A stretch of DNA of 64,000 nucleotides, taken from contig BROI01000029.1 in the NCBI GenBank assembly GCA_027923505.1, positions 62,001 to 126,000 of the forward strand, written 5' to 3'. Positions within the stretch are counted from its first letter, which is position 1. Each line of letters opens with the position of its first letter. Shown here piece after piece: positions 1 through 12,337 of this stretch. Both the position numbers and the translations under genes were made by a program. The notes under the pieces are model-generated. The model searched no databases and was not told the origin of the DNA. It worked only from the letters and a program-made list of their open reading frames with translations. Source of the stretch: Mayamaea pseudoterrestris. Its lineage: Eukaryota.

Positions 1-128
1 AGGTCAAGCAAGTTGTTGATTCAAAGGGAAATAACGAAACGAGATAAGTTAAAGTAGTGGTATTGATCTTACAAAATTATGTAGTAGATTTATCAAGATG
101 GTGATGAACATCATTTAAAATAATTCAA

Positions 129-1178
129 TCACTTATTGACTGCTTCCTCGAGTTCTTGCTCACGAAGTGTCACTCGGCGCTGCAGTTCGCCGATCGTTTC
201 CACAGGTTGCGCCGCCGTCCGCTGGTTGTTCCGGCTAATGTGCTTCATAGCCGAGCGAATGGCTTGAGCTGATTCCTGATCTTCCAGAACGAGTGTCACG
301 TGCTTCTGCAGTGTACCATGACGACGAATCGTTTGAAAGTGAGGCAATGCAACCTCTCGCTCGCTGCGCATTGACATGCGTCGCAACGCCGCCAATGTCT
401 TGTCATGCTCGGCCGTCATGGCGGCATTATCCTTGTTTTCTTCGCGAGCCTTCTCGACTTGCACGGTCAAACTCGCAATGAGTTCCTTGAAGGCAAACAA
501 TGGAATGTTTTGACGCAGCACCTCAGCTTCCTCCTCTCGCTCGAAGCCTCCAAACTCCTTGCTTTCAATGTAGCGCTTGGTCGCCCATGCCACATACTTG
601 GCATGCAGCTGAAATAGGAATCGAATAGGAAAAAGTCCTTCAAAGTGCTCGCCATGATGATACACCTCGCAAGTGCCATCCGTCTTGCGATTGTATCCAA
701 AATTCTGAGTCATTTGCCAGAGCAGTAGATTGCCAAACGGTGACACCTCCTTGAATTGCTCGCGCTTGTTGAACCATGCAATAGTATCTGGCTCGCCGTC
801 TCCATCTGTATCTTCCTCCCGCTCCTGAAACTCAATGGAAACTTCCAAATGGCCTGGACCCGTAAGTCCCCACGCGTGAATGACTCCATCGTCGTCAAAC
901 GTGCTGCCGCGCATCATAAAGTTTACCATGAATGGAAAGATGCAAAAAATTTCCATAAAGTCTTCGCTCCCGTAAAAGTCTGCCAAGTCTTCCGACTTTT
1001 TCATTGTGACAAATCGGTGGTCGAAAAAGTCCTGGGCGGTTCCAAATTTCTTTTGGAGGCCGTAGCAGAGAATGCCGGCACCTGCGAGCTGCGCAAAGCG
1101 TTTGCCAGCCGAGTTGCTCTGCATCATGCGAGGAAGGAGACTCTTACCAAGCGTCCGTAATCGAAGAGCAGTCGCCAT
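129..1178 (-). CDS. Hypothetical protein (349 aa), probable mitochondrial presequence
   Basis: Long intronless ORF. The N-terminus is Arg/Leu/Ser-rich with no acidic residues (MATALRLRTLGKSLLPRMMQ), followed by a globular aromatic-rich core and a C-terminal coiled-coil-like region. No family recognised. Confidence 0.75.
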   Translation of the reverse strand: MATALRLRTLGKSLLPRMMQSNSAGKRFAQLAGAGILCYGLQKKFGTAQDFFDHRFVTMKKSEDLADFYGSEDFMEIFCIFPFMVNFMMRGSTFDDDGVIHAWGLTGPGHLEVSIEFQEREEDTDGDGEPDTIAWFNKREQFKEVSPFGNLLLWQMTQNFGYNRKTDGTCEVYHHGEHFEGLFPIRFLFQLHAKYVAWATKRYIESKEFGGFEREEEAEVLRQNIPLFAFKELIASLTVQVEKAREENKDNAAMTAEHDKTLAALRRMSMRSEREVALPHFQTIRRHGTLQKHVTLVLEDQESAQAIRSAMKHISRNNQRTAAQPVETIGELQRRVTLREQELEEAVNK

Positions 1179-3711
1179 GGTCGGTAAAGTATTTATTCGT
1201 TGATTTTGTTGGTCGTTTCGTGTGATGGAATTGTGCGAACTGGTGAATCGGAAAGGGCCTCACGCCACGACGAATGACCCAAGGAACGTCTGGGAACGTC
1301 ACGTGATTCCTCGATGTTCTTTTTCACTATAGCTTACACTGTACTGAGTGACGCAGTTGAATAACTCAATGGTGTTTGATGAGTGTACTTTTGTGCTCTC
1401 CGGCGGGCGGAATAAACTACCGGTAGCTATGTACCGGCGGTGTGCCTTTCCAGTTTCGCTATCCTTTCGCTTTATTTCATAGCCATCCCAGGACGACCTT
1501 GCTCCCGAATAATTCGCCTTTTACTAGGCATACCAGCTTCCCGATAATCGCAAGTAGACGACGTATCATAGTACCAAAGTTCCGCCAAATCGATCACATT
1601 GATTCATAGACGCCATCGAGTCTCTGCTCGAGGCTCCACACGCTCGACTTTTGCTGGAACTTAACGATAGCATGAACAGTCGATCTCAACTTCCCCAATC
1701 GCACGCCTGCCCAGCTCGCCCTTCCAGGCCCCGCTAGAGTCCCTCACGCCTGTTCTACTATAAGTCGAAGACGGCATAGAGTTGGCAGGGAGTGTTTCGC
1801 GCTGAGGCACCAATGCCATGTTACCCCATGCTAAAATCTCTGCGTCTTGAGCCGCTTCAAGTCCACGATGGCAATTTGCTCCGAGGTAAAAGCGGTATGG
1901 TTTCACAAGGTGAGCAAGCCTCAATCCAGGACGTCAAAGGCTTGGAATCTCAAACAAAGCCGCCACGGGAGGCTCACGATCTGGAAGAGTTGGTTTTCCA
2001 AATATAGCCTCAGGGAATACCCGCAGAATCAAGTAACCTCCCATACTCATAGTTTTTAATCACAATGCCATGGATGAGGCACTTCTGTTTATTTATCGCG
2101 TAGATGTTTTACTGCTCTGGAACGTTTGGATCATTGCATCCTGCATGTCATTGCACACGATGCCGCAGAAATTTAGTAGATTCAGTTCCCCCAAACGGGC
2201 ATCGGCCTGACTGTGAAGGCGAGGATCTTCAGGAAAACTGTGCAATGATAACGCTGTAACCGCGGCACATTGATTTCGGTCAAGATTTTACCGTATGCAC
2301 AGGCATCCCTTATACGGTTGCGGACGCTGGAACTGCCACGTGGGCCGTATCGGATGCTGCCGAGAGTATCATTTAGGAAATGAGAGATACTGAAAGCTAC
2401 GAGTACCAGGAGGCCGGTATGTGGAAGAAGCATTGGACGAGGATGACGGCGCTGAGTCTACTGATGATGAGGTTCGCCAGGAGGGCAGTAACAGTAATTG
2501 CTCACACACGATGTCGATGACACCACTCTTGGGCAAGTGAAATTTGCGTCTTGCCAACATTGAAAAATGGCGACGTTGCGGTTGGCACCTTGTGCCGGTA
2601 TGGTACTTTTCCACTGACTCTGTATGATTCCGTTCGATGCGCACACCTTGTAGAGTAAAGCGAATGTCATTCGCATAGCTACTGATAGTGCATGAACCTT
2701 AATTAGAAGTGAAAACCATGTAAATGCGTTTAAGTGATAGATATAAGCTTTTTTACCCATCCCCCTCGCAGCCAGGAGTGCCTGACGCCGAGATATTGTC
2801 ATCTTCGAACAGCTATGCGTATCACGGACCTTTCCCAATGGCGCTTGTAGCCTAGAACGCTGTTCCGCCTCGTAGATTGCACTGCAGTGTTGTTTGTAGT
2901 AGATATCTTTCAGTGTGGCAAAAGTGCGTTAATTGTTCCAACTGGTGCAAAAGTGCTGCCGCTACGTCGATTGCTTGCGGCCAGTTACATCCGCTGATTA
3001 ACGCCCACCGAGAGGTTCATAAATCATAGCATCTGCGTGACATGGCCAAAACTGACACTGTAACCGTACTCGACAAAGGAACGGATCGCAGAAGAGCTGC
3101 GAGCGGAAGCCGCAATCCTCCCAAACATGCATGGCCTCAACTGTTTGAGTGGCGTCGGCAATGAGCGCAAAAGCTTGGTCTATTCGTCAATCAACCCTTG
3201 CGACGTGAATGGTCGTGCGAGTAATTAAAAACAAACATGAGAGTTGTCTGTCGGAAGCATGAGAAGAGCGTATGCAGCCTTGGTTCTTCTTCATCGTGTT
3301 TTGGCACTAAAGGAATAGCGAATCATCTTCACCGTTAACACTGCGTCGGTCGGCTTTTGTACATTGCTGCATTCATCATCCATATGCACCATCACAGCCT
3401 TTCGAAGACACGCGCCAATGTCCAACCTTGCTGGCATAGGGAGGCCATCACTCAATTACTTCGACAAGCCTGCCGCTCATATTGGACTCCAAGAATATGC
3501 CCTACAGCGCCATCCTGTGCACTTTGCAATATTGTATTCTTGTTTAATATGCTCGGAGGCTTTGCGAGGATGCATGGAACGGGGTGGCATGCTTTGAAAT
3601 GATGTGTGGATCTCGTCGTGATCATCCGATTACGTCTAATGCGCCTGCCGTACCGGTACATACGACGTACGATTCATCCAATCAGACCGATGAAGCTTGT
3701 TGGGCCTTTTT

Positions 3712-4008
3712 TCAAAGTTTCTGGCACTACTCTTTGAGCCACAGTCAACGAACGTCCGTTGAAAATCAAAGTTATTGGCACTACTATTTGAACCACAGTC
3801 AACGTCCGTTGAAAATCAAATTCATTGGCACCATACTGTTCCAATCACAGTCAGCGTACGTTGAAAATCAAAGTTATTGGCACTGCTGTTTGAACCCCAG
3901 TCGACATCCGTTGAAAATCAAAGTTTTTGGCACTACTGTTTGATGTACAGTGTCAATAACTTTGATTTATTTCAAAGTTTTTGGACTACTCTTTGATCGA
4001 CAGTCGGG
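3712..4008. repeat. ~50-bp tandem minisatellite, about 6 degenerate copies
   Basis: Unit resembles GTTGAAAATCAAAGTTATTGGCACTACTATTTGAACCACAGTCAACGTCC and recurs about every 50 bp. Confidence 0.85.
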
Positions 4009-4889
4009 ACTTTTGCACGATCGCCATGATTCGAGCCGTTCATCCCTTGTCATTTTCTCCCATGATCAGCAGCAGCCGCAGCCCATGGAACGTCCCCATA
4101 GACGACAATGGCGAAAACACCGAGCAAAGACGGTGTCAAAGTCGCTTGTGCGTTTCAGCCATGCCATGAAGAGGCAAAGGAATGATTTGCTCTTCCCGTC
4201 ATGAGTCCTGAATGTCTTCCTCCCACTTTCACCCACCATCATCATGGCAGCTAGTGCGCAGACTATCATTTATAAAGCGATGCGAAGCCTCGGCACACCC
4301 GTCATTATGTACTTGAAATCTGACTTTTTACCGTTTATGCGGCTACAAGTCGACTGTCTCGCTCCATCCACGGTCGACAAGCGTTTACGCTTTGATCTTA
4401 GTGTTGACGCGAGAGGCGCATGAAGCTCATGACGAAGAACGATCAAGAGTCGAGAGTCAAGCAAGCATTTATGAAGGGCAATAACGATGATCTAATAATA
4501 TTAATGTTTCGCGTCACGAGTGGAACTCAACTGGAAATTTTTGATGCTGTCGTTCCAGACGCACTTGGAATGCAGCTTTTGTCAGAGTGTCATTTCGGCG
4601 TCAAAGGCAAACGGCTCTCGGTCGTTGCGCCCAGTCGAAGCGAAGAGCTTCATTTCACATGTCGGATCCAACCAAGGCTTTGCAACTGCACATTTCATCG
4701 GCTAGCGTATTTAATGCGGTTCTGTTCTCTGCTCATAGATCAGGGTATGCAGGGTGATGAAATTGCGCCATCGAGACGACACGCAGCAATCAACGAATCA
4801 CGCACTAATCTCCAAGACTACAAGAAATGATAATGACTGTGTCTATACTAGCGCACGTCACATCGATGGCTAAAATTTGCAGAGACTAT

Positions 4890-7367
4890 CTAACTCTTAA
4901 TGCATCGGCCGTTCCGACAGTCTTGGCCTCGGCGACATTGAGTCCTACGAATGCAGACACCACCAGCAGCAATTGACTTTTTACACTGCCTTGTCGCTTT
5001 CGTCGGTCCATCGCATGTCGAAGTGGCGCCGCAACACTCAGCTGCTTCTTGACACTGAACCCCTCGAGGCTTGCAAGTGGTGCAGCGAAGAGTCAAGTTT
5101 GAGTAACTGGCGACGGCATGAATCGAAACGTAGACCGAGGTGTCGCTCAACGCAGCCTTGATTGCGCATGACTCATTGGAGATTAAGCTTGCTGACGCGC
5201 ACATGGAGTCTCTGCGCGAGAGTGGGTATGGGACTGCGTCAGGTCGCATGTACAGGTCGGCGTTGCCATTCCCTCCTGTCAAAGTGCAAGTGCTAATCTC
5301 GCCCTGCTTGACGCCGTCCAACTTGAATACTTGCAAAGAAAATTCACCAGCTGTCTCGCCGGACAGGCCATTCAAGAGAAAGGTTTTGCTGACGGCAATG
5401 GGCGGAGGCTCAATGCCGCAAATGATTTGTACAGCATTATTCGATCCATACACTGCAATCTGGGTGATTTCGACAAACGCGCTCGTGACCTCACCCGACT
5501 CAATGGCGCTGCACTCGTTGAAGGAATGTCCGGCTAGAACGGAGAGTTCGGCTGGACCAGTAGCGTTGCCGTAGTAGATACGAATCTCGCTGTAATGGTC
5601 CTCAGCTCCAATCGACAGTGCGCAAGAGACGCGCTGCTCCGGCTTGATGACGCCGCTCAAGCTATAAACGAATCGTTCGTCATTCATATCAAAACTGTCG
5701 AGGACGACATCATTGTCGACGAGCGTGACCCAATTTGATATAGTTTTGATGTCGGCAAGACTTGTTTCCTGCGCAATGACACCAACCGCATCCCAGGCTG
5801 CCTCAACGGATGCGACGTATTGACCGGCAAACAGTACGGTGCAGCGGCGAGCCTCATGAAAACCTGAAGCGGGCGTCAGGCATGCAGTGTTTGCAAAGTA
5901 AATTATCTTGGCCGCGGCCAACAAGGAAGTGTCAAAGTCTGGGTCAATGGCGGGTACGTTGATGGTTGACTTGCCGCGAGGATGATGGCCGCCTTGAACC
6001 ATGAGCACGAACGCCAGACTCATGATTCCAGAGTTCTTGTGGACGCCGCCTTGGTCAGTTGATCCCATGTACCTATCGGCGTACCAGTCTCGTGTGGAAT
6101 TTCGGAACGTAGTGGGATCCGCCATGTATCTACCAGCTTTGTCAGTCTTGGAGAGACCCTCACCGATCAGCCAGCTGTTACCGACAGTAGCACCTTCTTG
6201 GCGACTGACACAAGCGGCAAATATATCACTTATAGCTTCGTTCAACGCCCCTGACTCATCAATTGCCAATAGTCTTGAGGTAAGGTATGTATACCCATGC
6301 GATAATTCATGGGCAACAATGTCAATTGAGCGGGAAAAGAATGTTGTATTGACTCCTGACAGATTTATTTAAATCGTGAGTTCAAAAGACTGTTATAGTG
6401 ATGAGTCGCGTCATATATACGTACCATTTCCATCGCCGTAAGCGACTGACATGGTTCGACCGTCGAAGAAACCGTTCTCATAGTTATTTGCATAATGGAC
6501 GTTTGATATGATTGGAGTGCCGTTACCGTCAATTGAATCTCGCCCAAAGTTGTCGTGGTAGAACTTATATGTCGATCGCGCATGCTTTTCCGCCCAGTAC
6601 TTGGCCTTGTCGGATGATGCCCGCGTATTCGATTGCATTATTTGGCAATCCTTGAGCTTGCTTTGGTGCTTGCAGTCTTTGGTGATTAAAGACAAGGCTC
6701 CCATAACTTGCGGACGGACCGCGACGATCTTGCCAGTGACAACCGACGCATACATTTTATCCGCGTAATAGTGGCTGCCAACGGGTTGATAGCCAAGCTC
6801 ACGCTCCCATGCCATGTGCGCATCGCCATTCTTGTCCACCACAATCTTGATGTCGCAGTCGGATAGCCAGACAGCCTGGTCGCCGTAGTTGGAAAGGAGT
6901 ACATTCGCAAAGGCTTCATCGCAAGTGTAGCTCTGGTTAGTATTGACGGAATTTTGCGCAATAAACTCGCCATTGACGCTGTAAATTTCACCGCTATCGT
7001 CGACGTGCATCACCATGGCCGCGTCAACTACTGGGTATCCGTCGTATATTTGCTGGAACCGCAAATGCTTGTGGCCCGTGTCATCGAGGATTACCCTGTT
7101 AATCTCAGCGCCCGGAAGGAATATTTCGGATCCAGTGGCTCCTTGATGCGTCTCGAGAATCCGAGCCAAGCTAGTGGACGCGCTCGAAGCAAGGCCTCGA
7201 CCATGCAACACAACTGAGTCGTCGACAACTCGACCGAGATCGCCACTGAGAAATACACTGCCTTTCCTCGTGGTCCCTCTTGCTTTTACCGAAACACACG
7301 AGCGGAAAAATATAGTCGCGAAGACAATGAGAAGGCACATTTGTTGCGTGGGGCGAAATTTTTTCAT
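4890..7367 (-). CDS. Secreted M4 (thermolysin/vibriolysin-like) zinc metallopeptidase with propeptide, PPC-like domain and Cys-rich tail; one intron at 6356-6424
   Basis: Splicing the 69-bp GT..AG intron joins ...YGDGNG|VNTTFFSRSIDIVAHELSHGYT...ESGALNEAISD, giving HExxH plus the third Glu ligand; GGVHKNSG is also present. Signal peptide, FTP-like propeptide (HLRFQQIYDGYPV) and PPC-like motif GGNGNADLY. Confidence 0.92.
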
Positions 7368-8401
7368 AGCGAAAGAGCGCTGCTAGACTGTGGAATATTT
7401 TGACGTGCGAATAGTTAAAACGACCAACCTACAAGGAACCGAACAGAAGTGGGAATGGACAGGTCTGCATTATTAACGTGGCAAGATGTAGAGTGTGGAC
7501 TCCCGCATGCAATCGAGGACTCCCGCAATACGAGATGCACTGCGACGTTCCGATAGCTTTAATGGTATCGATAGCTAAGCAGACTATATACAAGCTATTA
7601 CCGTCGTTTAATTACTATTCACTTTTTTCCGAGAGGTTGGTGGATTCGCCCTACCCGAGGCCCCCAACGCTAGAGTCGTCGTCATTAGATTGCCACCTCG
7701 GACAAACGACAACTAAAATATGAATGCTGCAAACTTACTCAATAGTCGTGCGTTTCTACAGGTTAAATATTTATACAGCAAACGAAGTAGATCTAATCCA
7801 TTGTGGTCATAACTCTTTTTAAGATGTCATTGCTGCAATCGGAATAGCACTAGCCGGGTCTCCTTGTTTAAACCCCAGAGTTTCTTCCACATCATCTTGC
7901 TTAATTTAATCCTCACTCCTGGAAACAAGACGCTTGGCGTATGAAGGAGTGACAGCAGGGCTCTCAGTTGCCTATGTGGTTCTTTTGAAATCTTGTCGCA
8001 GGAGCCAACTTTCACAATTGGAGCTGACTCGCCCAAGCCGAAACTCGCCTCGCGCAGGATCGTCCGCCTGGTAACCAGCGAACACGTCGGCTCCAAAATT
8101 ACCAATTGCTCAACGCTGCATTGCGGGTTGCAGAGGCGAATCTATCATTGCTGTTGGAGTTTGAATCGCGCTAGAGTTAGCGAGTGTTCGCGGGGCGCCG
8201 TGTGCCAGTCTGGGAACAGCTGCGGGAGATGTCGCTGTTAGTTAAGTCGTCGTCACGAGGATATGTGCTAGTTCTCCTTTAAAAGGAACAGCCACAAAAA
8301 TATACACGTTGCATCATGCCTGTCATGGAATAAAACTATGTAGACTTTGTTAGCGATAGCAATTTTGCTTCGTGGTTTACCAACCATTGTAACTTGCGAC
8401 A

Positions 8402-10129
8402 TTATCGTAGCAAGTGAGGAAAGTACGAATTCAAAACTGCAGTGAGTGCTCCCACAATCGCCGAAACGCCCCCAAAAGAAACGAGGAACTTGGAAAAGCC
8501 GCGTTCTATCCGTAGCCATTTGCTACGTCGGTTGCTGCCGCTTTTGAAAGGCTCGGACGACGTGAGCTTGAGAAACAACAAGGCTGGAAAAATGTAAATG
8601 ATTGCCGTTCCCATGAGAGCGCCGTTAAAGCTGACGACAAATCCAGCGTCCTTGACGATCAAGGCTGTGGCAGTAATGATGGACATTAGTGCCATAATCA
8701 TACGTTTGCGAAGTTTGTCACCCTGCGCGGCTGCTCGTGGTGCTTGTTTGACGGCCGTTTCAATATGATTGATGGCTTGACTTTGCTTGCTCTTCGCCAA
8801 GTCCATTGCCGACGATAAGCATCCTTGAAACACAAACGGAAAGCCGCCAATCATGCTGATTAGCACCAACACTCGACAAAGACTTGCGCCACGGTCTAGT
8901 GATGAATAATTGTTGAGAATCATTCCTTGACAGCTTCCACCAAATGTTAGAAAGCCTGCGCTGATAATGACGGCATTGACAATCGCGACCAATCCATATC
9001 CAATGACTGTCGTCAGATTGTATTTTCGAAGTGCTTCGCTGTTGCCCTTGCTGTTAAATGCTACTGCTGCCGTGCTTGCATTCGATAGCTGGGTTTCGGT
9101 GAAACTGTGATAAAAGTCAGGCGCGCTAAAATGAGCCATCCACGCGACGCATGCCATGGCGACTAGAATGAGTGGAGCTGGCGAGTAAAGGCGACTGTAG
9201 GTACCAAAATTTGGCGCGTTGGAGGCTAGCATTCGCTTTCCGAAACTGCTTGCAGCCGAAACGGCGTATGGACTCGATGTCACAATGGCAGGACACCGCA
9301 AGGTCATGAATGCAGCAATGATGATTGTTCCAAGCACTCCTATGACGGAGACTGGAGCCAATGCCGCTAGTGATGGCAGCTGCACCAGTGGCAACAAGAC
9401 GGCACCCGTCACACCCAAGATCGAAGCTTGCCTAGTCGCCCAAATGCCCGAAACAAGACCTGATCCCTTTAATAGTCCACTGAGCGAATCTCCGATGACT
9501 AAACTGAACGTCAAACAGCATCCAAGGCAGTAAATGAGGTTGGCGGCGGAAACAATCCAGCTCGTATCATTGCTTATTTTGGACGACGATTTCGTTGCAG
9601 TAAAAATCGTCTTCCACATTTCCCCTAGACTCTTCGCATTCGTTTCATGCGCCAGTCGTCCGTAGAGAGAAAAGGTATAGGCCGATAGTACTCCCAGTGC
9701 TAGTAGCAAAGCATTGGCCGCGTAGAGACTGGATGGATGGTTGGATGCTGCCGCCAATCCAAACGGCAGTGCGAGGCAACCGGAACCGAGAATGGCCTTC
9801 ATCAATCCAAATGTCGCCGACAAGACCGTCTGCAGAGAAGCAGCTTCAGTGTTACTTGATTCTTGACTAGATGATTCTATACTAGTCGCGGCTTTAGAGC
9901 CTTCGGGTTGAGGGACAATGAAAGCGTCATTGGATGCAGCAGCGAGCCGTCGGTTGAACTTGTAGTAGTTGTAGTAGCGAACATCATGAGGTCGTCTCAC
10001 GTCGACATAGCGCTTTAAAGAGGCTCCATTCAAACATGAGAATTGTTTTGATATGTGAGGAATCCGAAACTCAAAGGCTGAAGTGCCTATTGCGAGCAGG
10101 AGCAATGAAGAGCAACTAAATACTCCCAT
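8402..10129 (-). CDS. Amino acid transporter (AAAP/Aa_trans family), probable plastid-targeted
   Basis: Motif LMKAILGSGCLALP and about 11 hydrophobic segments. The signal peptide ends in TSA|FEF (ASAFAP-like) and is followed by a transit-like region. Confidence 0.88.
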   Translation of the reverse strand: MGVFSCSSLLLLAIGTSAFEFRIPHISKQFSCLNGASLKRYVDVRRPHDVRYYNYYKFNRRLAAASNDAFIVPQPEGSKAATSIESSSQESSNTEAASLQTVLSATFGLMKAILGSGCLALPFGLAAASNHPSSLYAANALLLALGVLSAYTFSLYGRLAHETNAKSLGEMWKTIFTATKSSSKISNDTSWIVSAANLIYCLGCCLTFSLVIGDSLSGLLKGSGLVSGIWATRQASILGVTGAVLLPLVQLPSLAALAPVSVIGVLGTIIIAAFMTLRCPAIVTSSPYAVSAASSFGKRMLASNAPNFGTYSRLYSPAPLILVAMACVAWMAHFSAPDFYHSFTETQLSNASTAAVAFNSKGNSEALRKYNLTTVIGYGLVAIVNAVIISAGFLTFGGSCQGMILNNYSSLDRGASLCRVLVLISMIGGFPFVFQGCLSSAMDLAKSKQSQAINHIETAVKQAPRAAAQGDKLRKRMIMALMSIITATALIVKDAGFVVSFNGALMGTAIIYIFPALLFLKLTSSEPFKSGSNRRSKWLRIERGFSKFLVSFGGVSAIVGALTAVLNSYFPHLLR

Positions 10130-10333
10130 GGTCGTCGGAAGTTGTGCGATCTTCCTTGGAAAAGCGACGGTTGAAGAATGTCGCAGCGCAAGTGATTGTA
10201 TCGAGCTATCCCTTTTTGGCTTATCATTTATGTGGTCACTGCGTGCTCAGCTACCCAATTCATGTAAGTGCTCTAATAAAGTTCAATCATTTGTTTGAAT
10301 GCTTGTCAGGCCACTCTGGCAGTCTGGATGCCA

Positions 10334-10752
10334 ACTGGGGTGCAGTGCTGGCAGATCCAACAAGTTGTTGGATCTGCGGAGTCTCACCGTGACTGCCATG
10401 CATGGAGATGGATACGAGTACAAAGGTGCTACTGACCCAACTGTTACTCCCAACATGACATAAATTATCAATAGCGAGGGTGTGACTGTCTTGGTAGGCC
10501 ATTTTAATGATCCCTGCTGCCAGAATGGGGCACTGCTGGCACATTCAACCGTGTGTTGAATGTGCTCAGTCTCTTGGCATAGTGATGGGTTCCGCACTTA
10601 AACAGAGAAAAATATTGGTCCAGTGCAAATTAATTGGGGTGCATAACTAGCAGATTCAACCAGCATTGGATCTGGTAAGTCTCACCATGCCATGCGTGGA
10701 GATTGATAGACACTGTGGTGCTACTGACCTAACTGTTGGATCTACATGAGAT
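10334..10752. repeat. Degenerate triplicated hairpin-bearing element
   Basis: Related stems at 10351-10377, 10539-10565 and 10651-10674, each preceded by TGGGG and followed by AGTCTC. Copies 1 and 3 also share about 80 bp of downstream similarity (GGTGCTACTGACC.AACTGTT). Confidence 0.7.
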
Positions 10753-10784
10753 AGTGAACGAAGCCGTTGCGAATACATAGATAT

Positions 10785-12014
10785 CTACATGTTACCACTA
10801 TTGCCCGTGATTTGTTGTCGCAGCATTAGAATCGACTGTCGCTTGTCAGGCGGCAACTGCTGAATCTGCAGCGGCGTGAGCGACATGACTTGCTGAATGA
10901 GGCCCGGATCCAGTTGTGCAACATTTCCAGCTGACGGTTGTTGGTGCGGCACTGGAGGAGGAGCAGGTGCATACGTTGGCGGAGGTGGAGCTTGCGTTGC
11001 CGGAGCTGCTGCCGCCCGAGCCGCTTTTCGAGGATCAATGCGCTGCTGTTGCCTTGGATCAACACGCGCTGGTGGAGCTGCCGCAGGAGCCTTGGCCGTT
11101 GCAGCCGCTTGTCGGGGATCGGCGCGCGCACGAGGATCGGCAGCCCGCACCACGGCTGGTGCTGGCGCGACTGGAGCCATAAGAGTGGCAGTCATATCGG
11201 AAGGCAAGGGTGTTTTAACCATGTCAAGCTTGGACATGAGAAACAACAGAGCTTCCGGCAGCTGCGGATGAGACGATAGTACTCGTCTCGCTTCGTCAGG
11301 GTCTCTGTCGTTTATCTCCTTCAGCTTGGCAACAATGTCGTACATTTCCGCCTTGGACAAGTCCTTGATGGCATCAGCAACTGCATTCGTTCCAGCAGAG
11401 GCAGCCGCAGGAACAGGTTGAGCAGACATGGCACTTGCAGCAGCAGCTGCCGGCTGTCTCTGCGTTTGCTGTGAAAGATCCATGCCAAGCTTTCCAGCCA
11501 ATACCTCCAAGTGTGTCGAGTTGGAAAAGTTCACCCGAAGCCGTCGATTGTTCAGTTCGTAGTCATTCATGTTTCGAATCGCGGACAGCGCCGCTTGGGG
11601 ATCTTCAAATTCAACAAAGGCAAATCTAAATGACAGAGAAAGGAAGAAGTCAATACGAGAAATGATTGAAAGAAGCTACTAGAGAATCGGCCTCTACCGG
11701 AAGTCAACAATCAAATATGCAACGCAGTGCTCTGCTTACCCTCGTGGCTTGCCGGTTTCCATGTCTGAAACAAGCCGGACATTAATAACCTTTCCGATAT
11801 CGGAGAAAGCTTGATGCAATTGCTCCTCCGTTGTATTGAAAGCAAGATTTCCAACAAAAATGTCATGCTTTTGCGGCGCTCCTCCTGCTGCCATGGAAGC
11901 CTGCGGCTGTTGCGGCGCTATCGCTTGCGGCTGACTACCATTGAAGACTCCTTGCTGCTGACCGCCATACAATCCCGCTGGCGGTACCCCAGATACTGGC
12001 GCTCCTCCCCACAT
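10785..12014 (-). CDS. CSTF2: Cleavage stimulation factor 64-kDa subunit (CstF-64/Rna15-like); intron at 11626-11739
   Basis: RRM with RNP2 IFVGNL and spliced RNP1 KPRG|FAFVEF. Hinge domain (EMYDIVAKLKE...EARRVLSSHPQL) and C-terminal motif LIQQVMSLTPLQIQQLPPDKRQSILMLRQQ. Confidence 0.92.
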
Positions 12015-12337
12015 GTTTAATCACTCGACAATGCCGTGAAGCTAGAATAAAGATGATCAAGTCGGCGAACCACTCGAATTGTGGATCTTGTCGTGGTTGT
12101 CGCTCGTCGCGCGCGGAAACGGATGTCGTACCACAACTAATTTAGCTATCGATCATCAGTCTGCTGTAGCTTCCGAAGCCAAATTCTATTACAAGCAGCC
12201 AGAGACCGTGTGAGTTCGTTACAAACACGTAGACAGGTAAATAGTAAGAACTATGGCACTAACAATATTGCTTGCAATCATTCAAAATAAACTATTTGCG
12301 TCGTTAGGCATTGTCAAGACCAAAATACGAACCAGAG

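Noticed and set aside
3712..4008. Possible CRISPR array (GTTGAAAATC... repeats)
   Set aside because: The intervening segments are homologous to each other, so this is a tandem minisatellite rather than repeat-spacer.
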